The position numbers were made by a program, and so were the translations under genes. The notes below the pieces were generated by a model that made no database searches, had not been told where the DNA came from, and worked only from the letters and a program-made list of their open reading frames with translations. Of a stretch of DNA of 64,000 bases, positions 46,680-54,598 are shown one piece after another (position 1 is the first letter of the stretch; every line of letters starts with the position of its first letter). This DNA comes from Vicinamibacteria bacterium (GTDB taxonomy: Bacteria > Acidobacteriota > Vicinamibacteria > Marinacidobacterales > Marinacidobacteraceae): positions 1,504,001 through 1,568,000 of the forward strand of contig OZ241322.1 of NCBI GenBank assembly GCA_965199715.1, read 5' to 3'.

Positions 46680-49600
46680 CTACTCCTCCTCCGGGTCGGG
46701 AGGACGCGCGCGGTCCATCCGGATCGACGTTCCGCCGAAGAACGCGCTCGACGTGCGCTTGACCTCATGCTCGCCGTCCAGCAGGTACTGCAGGATCGCC
46801 TGGTCCCACGCGAGTCCCGCCGATGCGACCGTCACCATCCAGTCGCCGCGCGCCGGTTCGTCGGGGGCTTCGGTGCCGCCTGACCAGATCGTGATCTTCG
46901 GGTCGTACCCGCCGAAGCCGCCGCCGTCGCCCGGCTGGGCGCGCTGACCCTTGATCGGCATCTGGATGTTCACGCCGTTGTGGAGGTCCATCCGGAACAC
47001 GTCGGGATCGAGGTCCATGCCGTAGCGCCGGTATCGGTCGTAGTTGCGCTCGTTCATGGCCCGGACGATGTCCGTGTCCTGGATCGCGTTCGTGATGTAG
47101 CGCCGGATCTTGAGGTGCTCCTCCTTGTGGCGGGGCAGCTCGGGATCGTCCACGAACATGAATCCGGGCATGAACCAGCCCTTGTTCATGCCCCAGTTGC
47201 GCTCGGTGCGGCGCCCGGCGCGGACGAGGCCGCTGAACTCGCTGAAGAGCTGCACGAGCTGGTGCGCCGGATACCCGTGCGGGTTCAGGAACACGTCCGG
47301 CAGCCACATCCGCCAGAGCCGGGGCCGCACCCCGGCCTCGGGGTACAGCGGCATCGGATCGCCCGCTCCCGACGTGGAGTCGATCCCGAGCGAGCCCCAG
47401 TACCCGGCGTGGAGGATGTGCTCCGGATTCACCTGATGCATGTCCCACGCGAGCCGCGCGCCGTCGGGGTTCTGGACCGGATGCACGATCACGTTCACCC
47501 GATCCAGCTTCTTCCGCTCCTCGGGGTCGGTCAGCAGCAGTTCCGCAAGCCGCAGTACGTGCGACGTCGAGGAGACCTCGTTCGCGTGCTGGCGGGCGCT
47601 GTACAGGATGGTCGGCTTCAGCAGGCTCGCCTTCCGCCGGGACCAGTGGCTCGCCTCCATCGGCGGCATGAGATCCATCGCCCAGACCGGCTTGCCGAGG
47701 TAGCTCTCGCCGATCCGATACACGGTCGCCTCGGGGTAGTCGGCCATCCGGGCGAGGATCCCGAGCGCCTCCGTCGGCGCGATCGGCGTATCCCATTGGA
47801 CGAGGCGCTCGTCGTCGCCGGTCTCGCCCCGAAACGCCGTGACGTCCGGCGGGGGCGGCGCCTGCCCGTTCGCGGCCAGCGTCGCCGTCCGCTCGTCGCC
47901 GGGCTCCCACGTCCACGAGGCCGCGAGCTCCAGTTCGCCGAGGCCGGCGAAGGCCAGTTCGTCAGCGTAGAGGCCCGCCGCGCGCAGCTCGCCCAGCAGC
48001 TCCAGCGTCCGCGTCGCCTGCGCCGCCGAGAGGATGCGCTCGTCGGCGCGGTCCTCGCCGTGGCGGGCGACGTAGTACGCCCGCTCGTCGGCGTCGGTGT
48101 CCACCTTCACCGCGAGTCGAAGCGCGGCCACGCCCGCCTCGCCGGCGCGGACCCGGGCGGCGACCGCCGACGGGCGCTCCACCTCGACGTTCGGGAGGTT
48201 GCGCCGCACCGATCCGGCGCGCCCGTCCTCCGTCACGTAATCCACGACGATCGCGGGGCGGCCGGTGCGGAACCCGGTGAGCCGGATCTTCGCGGTTCCG
48301 GGCGTGCCGTCGGTCTTCGGATGCATCCACGGGAGGACCCGGCCCGACCACGTCAGCTCGGTCCCGAGCGAGTTGCGCCCGATGTGCCGCATCAGGCTGT
48401 GGGTGACGAAGTAGATGTCCTCGTGAAGCGCGTCGTGGGTGGACTCGATCTCGCGCTCGACCCCGAGCAGTCGTTCGGGTTCCGACAGCGACAGGTCCAC
48501 CCGCAGTTCCCCGAAGAAGGGAGCGTCCACCGGCCCGCGGGGCTTGCCCTGGTGGACCTCCATGACGTGGTCGTAAAGACGCGCCAGCGTGTCCGACTGG
48601 AAGTGGTCCCAGAACGCCTCGGCGTCGGTGCGGATGCGCTCGTCCACGATCTCGCGCCCGTCGATCTCGGCGCGGAGGCTCCCGGTCGTCACTTGGACCA
48701 GCTCGTAATCGGGATAGCGGTCGAAGAACGGCCGGGTCACGAGGCGCGGCTCGAAGGTCTCGTTCAACAACACCTCCCCGTCGGCCCCCTCGGCCACGAC
48801 CTGGTACGCCGGCGCGTCCGGCTCGGTGCGCATCTCGTAGCCCACGTCGTCGAGACCCAGCCCGAGCGCCTCGACCAGGATCTCGTCCGCGGGGAACATC
48901 GCGTGCTGCCAGCGCAGCGGCGTGTGCATCGCCTGCTGCGGCCACTCCGGCGGCGGCCGGTGCTCCCGGAACAGGAGCCGCACCCGCGCCGGGCGAAGCT
49001 CGATCAGCCGCGGCAGCAGCGCCTCCTCGATCCAGCCGTAGCCCTGCCGGAACGCCGACAGGACCACGACGTCGGCCTCGCCGCCGCGCGCCTCGATCTC
49101 GCCGCGAAGCTCGTCGCGAAGCCGCTCCCGCACCTCGCGCGGCTCGCTCAGGATCGCCTCGACCCGAACCGGGTCGCCCGGCCCGACCTCGGGCAGCACC
49201 CGCTCCTCGACGAGCGCCCGGAAAGCGTCCACCTCGAAGGGAACCGAGAACTCCTCCTCGTGGAGAATCCGCGCCCGCTCCACGTTCCGGTCGTCCAGCT
49301 CCACGGTCGCGGCCCCGAGGCCGAGCCGCTCGGCCGCCGCCCGAAGGAAGTCGTCCAGCCCCGGAGCCGGATCCTTCACCGACACGAGGATGCGCGACTC
49401 CCGGACGCCGAGGTGGGCGATTTCGGCGGCGATCCGCTCCAGCTTGTAGGCGGCGGTCGCCGCCTGGCCGCCCGGCGTCCGCGCCGAGAGGAACTTCCAC
49501 GCCGCGAACTCGACCGCGTCCGCCGTGGGATGGTCCGTCCCCCGGTTCGCCTCGTCGAGGTGCGGGAACGCGACCGCGGTCTGCCGCAGCGCCCGCGCCA

Positions 49601-50594
49601 GCCCGTCCCGGTCGCCCCCGGTCACGACCAGCGTCGGCTTGTCGTCGCGAGAAGCGACGCCGACCCAGCCCTCGCCCGGCCCGAGAGCCGGTACGTCGAG
49701 GTCCGCGAGCAGCGGGTTCCCTTCCGCCGTTCCCACGACGACCGCGGCGCCTTCGGGTTCCTCAGCCGAGACCGGAAACGTCAGGCCCGCGGACTCGAGC
49801 CCCAGCCGGGTCGCGAGCGCGAGGACTCCTTCCGGATCCTCGGCGGAGACCGAGAGCTGCGCGTCCAGCCGGTCGGGGATGCGGTCGCCGTTCGAGTCGC
49901 CGAGCAGCCCGTCCGGCTGGTAGAGAACCGACAGGTCGAGGTCGTCCTTCGACCCGGTCCCCGGGCGCGCCGGGATCGGCCCCGGCTCGGGCGCCGGCGG
50001 ATCGTGGGCGAACTCGGCGCGGGAGTCGCCGGCGGTGACGACGAGCGTCCGCAAGCCGTCGAAGCGGAGCTCGTCGGGAATCGCGTCGGCTGCGACCTCG
50101 GCCAGCGCGAGCGCGTCGGCCCCGGCCTCCACCTCGACGCGAATCACCCGCGCGCCGTCCCCGACCGCCGCCTCCACGTCGGCGAGCGAATCCCCTTCGA
50201 CCCCGAAGACGTGCGGCGCCCGGGCGGCGAGCCAGTGCGCCGCGGCGGCGAGACCCGCGGCGTCGCCCCCGGTCACCCGCACGCCGTCGTCGAGCGAGAC
50301 CTCCCCGCGCCCGGCGGGCAGGTCGCCGAGACCGACGCGGATCAAGACCTCGGCGGTCTCGGGAAGCGGCAGGTCCGCCGCGAGCGTCTCGAACCCGAGC
50401 CGGGCCGCGATCTCGGCGCCGGCGGCGACCTCGGCGGCGCTCGCCCCGTCGGCCAGAACCACGCGGGCGCGCAGCCGGTCGGGGACGCCGTCGCCGTTTT
50501 CGTCCGCGACGGCGGCCTCATAGAGGGTCGCGAGCGAGTCCGGTTGGGCCAGCGCGGCCCCCGGCGTCAGCAGAAGGACGAGAACGAGACGCAT
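46680..50594 (-). CDS. Large exported M14 zinc carboxypeptidase-domain protein
   Basis: Signal peptide; C-terminal SARQHANE, NPDG, NPHG motifs. Confidence 0.82.
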   Translation of the reverse strand: MRLVLVLLLTPGAALAQPDSLATLYEAAVADENGDGVPDRLRARVVLADGASAAEVAAGAEIAARLGFETLAADLPLPETAEVLIRVGLGDLPAGRGEVSLDDGVRVTGGDAAGLAAAAHWLAARAPHVFGVEGDSLADVEAAVGDGARVIRVEVEAGADALALAEVAADAIPDELRFDGLRTLVVTAGDSRAEFAHDPPAPEPGPIPARPGTGSKDDLDLSVLYQPDGLLGDSNGDRIPDRLDAQLSVSAEDPEGVLALATRLGLESAGLTFPVSAEEPEGAAVVVGTAEGNPLLADLDVPALGPGEGWVGVASRDDKPTLVVTGGDRDGLARALRQTAVAFPHLDEANRGTDHPTADAVEFAAWKFLSARTPGGQAATAAYKLERIAAEIAHLGVRESRILVSVKDPAPGLDDFLRAAAERLGLGAATVELDDRNVERARILHEEEFSVPFEVDAFRALVEERVLPEVGPGDPVRVEAILSEPREVRERLRDELRGEIEARGGEADVVVLSAFRQGYGWIEEALLPRLIELRPARVRLLFREHRPPPEWPQQAMHTPLRWQHAMFPADEILVEALGLGLDDVGYEMRTEPDAPAYQVVAEGADGEVLLNETFEPRLVTRPFFDRYPDYELVQVTTGSLRAEIDGREIVDERIRTDAEAFWDHFQSDTLARLYDHVMEVHQGKPRGPVDAPFFGELRVDLSLSEPERLLGVEREIESTHDALHEDIYFVTHSLMRHIGRNSLGTELTWSGRVLPWMHPKTDGTPGTAKIRLTGFRTGRPAIVVDYVTEDGRAGSVRRNLPNVEVERPSAVAARVRAGEAGVAALRLAVKVDTDADERAYYVARHGEDRADERILSAAQATRTLELLGELRAAGLYADELAFAGLGELELAASWTWEPGDERTATLAANGQAPPPPDVTAFRGETGDDERLVQWDTPIAPTEALGILARMADYPEATVYRIGESYLGKPVWAMDLMPPMEASHWSRRKASLLKPTILYSARQHANEVSSTSHVLRLAELLLTDPEERKKLDRVNVIVHPVQNPDGARLAWDMHQVNPEHILHAGYWGSLGIDSTSGAGDPMPLYPEAGVRPRLWRMWLPDVFLNPHGYPAHQLVQLFSEFSGLVRAGRRTERNWGMNKGWFMPGFMFVDDPELPRHKEEHLKIRRYITNAIQDTDIVRAMNERNYDRYRRYGMDLDPDVFRMDLHNGVNIQMPIKGQRAQPGDGGGFGGYDPKITIWSGGTEAPDEPARGDWMVTVASAGLAWDQAILQYLLDGEHEVKRTSSAFFGGTSIRMDRARPPDPEEE

Positions 50595-50604
50595 GAACCG
50601 GATT

Positions 50605-51372
50605 CTATGGATCGAGCGGGCCCTCCACAGCGACGCGAGTTCCGCGGACGTCCGCGCGGACTTCGTGCACCTCGGCGAGGCGCTCCCGGGTGAGCGTCTC
50701 CCCGGGCGATCCGTCGGCGACGAGCCGGCCCTCGCGCATCCACAGCAGGCGGTCGGCGTAGCGGGCGGCGAGATCCAGATCATGCAGCACGGCGAGCGCC
50801 CCGCCGCCCGCGTCCACGAAGCGGCGCAGCAGCCGCATCACCCGGTGCTGGTGGAGCGGGTCCAGCGCCGCGACCGGCTCGTCGGCCAGAAGCAGCGGCG
50901 TTCCCGCGGCGAAGGCGCGGGCCACGTGCATGCGGGCGGTCTCGCCGCCCGACAGCGTGTCCGCGGCGCGGTCGGCGAGGCCCTCGAGGTCCGCGTCCCG
51001 CAGCGCTCGCTCGGTCGCGGCGCGGTCCTCGGGTCCGAGCCGGGCCGGGGAGCCGCCGAACGCGAACCGCCCGAGCGCCACCACGTCCCGGACGCGGTTG
51101 GGCCACGCGAGCGGGCGCTGCTGCGGCAGGTAGGCCACGCGGCGGGCGCGCTCCTCCGGGCGGAAGCGGAAGACGTCGCGCCCGTCCAGCCGCGCCGTTC
51201 CGGCGGCCGGGCGGATCATCCCGAGCGCGGCCCGCAGCAGCGTCGTCTTGCCCGCGCCGTTCGGGCCGACCAGCGCGGCGAGTTCGCCGGCGCCGAGGTC
51301 GAGCCCGACCCCGTCGAGGATGGTCCGCCCGCCGGCCCGGACGCGGAGGTTCCGGACCGAGAGCAACCTCAC
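50605..51372 (-). CDS. ABC transporter ATP-binding protein (FepC/BtuD-like)
   Basis: GPNGAGKTT, AYLPQ, LSGGE, LADEPVAALD, LHDLDLA. Confidence 0.9.
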   Translation of the reverse strand: MRLLSVRNLRVRAGGRTILDGVGLDLGAGELAALVGPNGAGKTTLLRAALGMIRPAAGTARLDGRDVFRFRPEERARRVAYLPQQRPLAWPNRVRDVVALGRFAFGGSPARLGPEDRAATERALRDADLEGLADRAADTLSGGETARMHVARAFAAGTPLLLADEPVAALDPLHQHRVMRLLRRFVDAGGGALAVLHDLDLAARYADRLLWMREGRLVADGSPGETLTRERLAEVHEVRADVRGTRVAVEGPLDP

Positions 51373-52016
51373 GCGACCGCGATCCGGAATTCCGCCCGGA
51401 GTCCGGACCCCGCGTCCCCGGCGACGGTCGCGAGCTGCCGCGCGACCCCGTCCCGGAAGCCGCCGTCGCCCTCGTTGGTCGTCGGATTCGGGCCGCGCCC
51501 GGCGTACGCGCCCGAGCGGTGCACCGCGCTGACCTCGTCCGGAAACGCGATCTGGGTGACGCTGGGCGGGCGCCCGCCGCGGGCGCCCTCGACGTGGACG
51601 TGCGCGGCCCGGCCCCGGTACCAGCCGGGGTAGATCGTGAGGAAGGAGGCCCGGCCGGCGGCGTCCGTGGGCTGCGAGCCCCGCAGCCACGAGTCCGAGG
51701 CCGCCCCGCCGTACTGCGAGTGGTCCCCGTCGGCGTTCACCTGCCAGATCGAGACCTCCGCGCCGCTCACCGGCGCGCAGCCGCCGTCCACGACCGGGAT
51801 CGACAGTTCGAGGTCCGCGCCGGCCCGTCCCCCGCGGACGAACTCGCCGATCGTCGGGAACGGCCCGCGGGTCTCCATGGGGGTCGGCGGGCACGCCGCG
51901 GAGGACGGGGGAGCGGGCGCGGCCGGTGACGGGCCGTCGTCGTCGCAGGCGGACTCGACCGCGGCGCCCAGCGCGACGAGCGCGTGGCGACGGGACAGGC
52001 GGACGGGCGACCTCAA
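51369..52016 (-). CDS. Intradiol ring-cleavage dioxygenase-like protein, Tat-like signal
   Basis: SRRHAL; LRGSQPTD...FLTIYPGWYRGRAAHVH; TTG start overlapping the phoD stop. Confidence 0.8.
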   Translation of the reverse strand: MRSPVRLSRRHALVALGAAVESACDDDGPSPAAPAPPSSAACPPTPMETRGPFPTIGEFVRGGRAGADLELSIPVVDGGCAPVSGAEVSIWQVNADGDHSQYGGAASDSWLRGSQPTDAAGRASFLTIYPGWYRGRAAHVHVEGARGGRPPSVTQIAFPDEVSAVHRSGAYAGRGPNPTTNEGDGGFRDGVARQLATVAGDAGSGLRAEFRIAVA

Positions 52017-53563
52017 TCCGACTCGCTTTCGGCGCGGACGGCGTGGCGGGTTCCGTGGCCCACGACGAGCCCCGCCGCCCAGCGCTGCTCGTCGGTGCGC
52101 TCCTCCACCGTCGGGACGAAGTACCAGTCGTTGCGCACCCTTCCCGGCTTGAGGTCGAGCACCGAGTAGCCCCGGTGGAAGCCGTCTCCGAAGCTCGCGT
52201 GCGGGTTCGCCGCCTCGATGGCCTCGACTTCCTTCCTCACCTCGGCCTCGGTCTCGAGCCTCCGGAGCAGCGAGCTCGGCGACGAGACCGCGGTGGTCAC
52301 GAAGTCCACCCCGTAGGAGCCGGCGCCGGTGGCCGGGTCGTAACCCGCGAGCGGGTTCCGCGGGACGTCCATGCCCCACGACTGGTGGACGTCGCCGGTG
52401 AGCACCACGAGGTTGTCGATCCGCTCCCGGTCGAGCAGGTCCAAGAGCCGGTTCCGGCTGGCGGCGTAGCCGTCCCACTGGTCGGGGTTCTGCATCCGGC
52501 CGTCGGCGTCGAGGAAGTGCCCCATCATCACCTGCTGGCCGAGCACCGGCCAGCGGATCCCGTCGCGCTTGGACGCGATCAGCTCCTTGAACAGCCACGC
52601 CTCCTGCCGCGCGCCGAGCAGCGTCCGGCCCGGATGCGCCATCGCCTCCACGTCGCCCCACTCGGCCTGCCGCGACCGCCCCACGAGGCGGGTGTCGAGC
52701 ATGACGAGGTCGAGGAGCTTGCCGAACCGGAACGTGCGCCAGGTGCGCTGGCTCGGCCACGGCTCCGGCTCGCGGATGGGCATCCATTCGAAGTACGCCC
52801 GCACCGCGGCCTCGCGGCGGACGAACCAGTCGCCCTCCTCCTCGTCGATCTGGTGGTTCTGCGCCCCGTCGGTCCACGCGTTGTTCGTGATCTCGTGGTC
52901 GTCCCAGACGGTGATGAACGGATGCAGCCGGTGGACCTCCTGGAGATCCGCGTCCGACTTGTACTGGGCGTGGCGGGTCCGGTAGTCGGCGAGCGTGGTG
53001 ATCTCCTTGTTCGGCTCGGGGGCCCGCCCGAACCGGGTTCCGTCGCCGTAGCTCCGGTTGGGGTACTCGTAGAGGTAGTCGCCGAGGTGGAGGACCGCGT
53101 CGAGGTCGTTCCGCTCGGCGATCCGCCGATACACGTTGAAGTAGCCGAAGGGCAGGTTCGAACACGACACGAAGGCGAGCCGGACGTGGTTCGGGTCCCG
53201 GGGCAGCGTCCGCGTGCGTCCCACCGGCGAGCGCTCGCCGAGCGCCTCGAACCGGTAGAAGCACGTCGTCCCCGCCCGCAGCCCGGGGACGGTGACCTTG
53301 AACGTCCAGTCGCGCTCGGGGCCGGTATGGCCCTCGCCGGCGCCGACGACCTCGCGCATCGCCGGATCGACGGCGACCGTCCAGCGCACCGCAACCCGGT
53401 CGTTCGTCCCCGAGACCCGGGTCCACAGCAGCACCCGATCCGTCAGCGGATCGCCGCTCGCGACCCCGTGTCGGAAGGCCGGGCCCTGGGCGAAGGCGGG
53501 AAGGGCGCGCACCGCCGGGAAGGCGGCCGCGGCTCGGAGGAAATGGCGTCGGGAAGGCAGCAT
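52013..53563 (-). CDS. phoD: Alkaline phosphatase D, Tat-exported
   Basis: SRRHFL; FRHGVASGDP, HLGDYLYE, WDDHE, DQWDGY, LTGDVH. Confidence 0.93.
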   Translation of the reverse strand: MLPSRRHFLRAAAAFPAVRALPAFAQGPAFRHGVASGDPLTDRVLLWTRVSGTNDRVAVRWTVAVDPAMREVVGAGEGHTGPERDWTFKVTVPGLRAGTTCFYRFEALGERSPVGRTRTLPRDPNHVRLAFVSCSNLPFGYFNVYRRIAERNDLDAVLHLGDYLYEYPNRSYGDGTRFGRAPEPNKEITTLADYRTRHAQYKSDADLQEVHRLHPFITVWDDHEITNNAWTDGAQNHQIDEEEGDWFVRREAAVRAYFEWMPIREPEPWPSQRTWRTFRFGKLLDLVMLDTRLVGRSRQAEWGDVEAMAHPGRTLLGARQEAWLFKELIASKRDGIRWPVLGQQVMMGHFLDADGRMQNPDQWDGYAASRNRLLDLLDRERIDNLVVLTGDVHQSWGMDVPRNPLAGYDPATGAGSYGVDFVTTAVSSPSSLLRRLETEAEVRKEVEAIEAANPHASFGDGFHRGYSVLDLKPGRVRNDWYFVPTVEERTDEQRWAAGLVVGHGTRHAVRAESESD

Positions 53564-53590
53564 TGCATCCGCCAATATACGCGGGGCGCG

Positions 53591-54598
53591 ATGAACGAAC
53601 TGGCGTTTCAGGCGAAGATGCTGCAGCGGGTCTCCCGTACCTACGCCCGCACGATCCCCGTGCTCCCCGACGGGCTGCGCCACGTCGTCGCGAACGCCTA
53701 CCTCCTCTGCCGGCTCGCGGACACCATCGAGGACGAGCCGCAACTCCCGCTCCCGGAGAAGGAAGCGCTCTGGGAGCGGCTCGTCGGGCTCGTGTCCGGC
53801 GGCCCGGGCGGAAGCGACTTCGCCCGCGATCTCGCCGCCGCGCTCTCGGCCGCCTCGCCGCCGGCCGAGCGCGAGCTGGCCCGGGGCGCCGACCGCATCC
53901 TCCGGATCACGTCGCGGTTCCCGCCGGCGCACCGCTTGGCCGAGGAGCGCTGCATCCGGATCATGTGCGAGGGCATGGTCGAGTTCCAGGGCGCCGGAAC
54001 CGGCCTCCGCGACCTCGACCAGCTCGACCGCTACTGCTACGTGGCCGCCGGGGTCGTCGGCGAGCTCATGGTCGATCTGCTGTGCGCGCACTCCGAGGAG
54101 ATCGCCGTGCGGCGCAAGGACCTCCTCGGGCTGGCGCGGTCCCACGCCGAGGGCCTCCAGCTCACCAACATCCTCGTGGACGTCTGGGACGACCGGGACG
54201 AGGGCCGCTGCTGGCTGCCGCGCGAGGTCTTCGAGGCCGAGGGGTTCGATCTCGACCGCCTCGCCCGGGGCGCGCCGCATCCCGGGTTCGACCGGGGGAT
54301 GGACCGCCTCGTCGGAGTCGCCCGGGGCCACCTCGAGGACGCGATCCGCTTCACCCTGCTGATTCCGGCGCGGGAGACCGGAATCCGCCGGCACCTGCTG
54401 TGGGGGATCTGCCTCGCGGTGCTCGCGCTCCGGCGCGTGCATCGGCAGCGGTCGTTCCGCCGGGGCGAGAACGTAAGGCTCTCGCGCTGGCGGGTGGGCG
54501 CGGCGATCCTCGTCGCGAGCGCGGTCGCCGCGCACGACCGGCTGCTGCGGGCCGCGTTCCGCGCCGCGACCCGCGGCCTGGGTCAGCGCTCCGGCTGA
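53591..54598 (+). CDS. Squalene/phytoene synthase family protein (second paralogue)
   Basis: VSRTYA, CRLADTIEDE, YCYVAAGVVG, GLQLTNILVDVWDD. Confidence 0.9.
   Translation: MNELAFQAKMLQRVSRTYARTIPVLPDGLRHVVANAYLLCRLADTIEDEPQLPLPEKEALWERLVGLVSGGPGGSDFARDLAAALSAASPPAERELARGADRILRITSRFPPAHRLAEERCIRIMCEGMVEFQGAGTGLRDLDQLDRYCYVAAGVVGELMVDLLCAHSEEIAVRRKDLLGLARSHAEGLQLTNILVDVWDDRDEGRCWLPREVFEAEGFDLDRLARGAPHPGFDRGMDRLVGVARGHLEDAIRFTLLIPARETGIRRHLLWGICLAVLALRRVHRQRSFRRGENVRLSRWRVGAAILVASAVAAHDRLLRAAFRAATRGLGQRSG

Noticed and set aside
46980-50693. 1237-aa plus-strand ORF and many other long ORFs (e.g. 4210-6975, 31772-34708, 38290-41148)
   Set aside because: Antisense or alternative-frame shadows of real genes; long stop-free frames are expected at this GC content and they carry no family motifs
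50605-51372. Orphan FepC/BtuD-like ATPase as a novel system
   Set aside because: Permease and binding-protein genes are often encoded elsewhere; nothing else unusual
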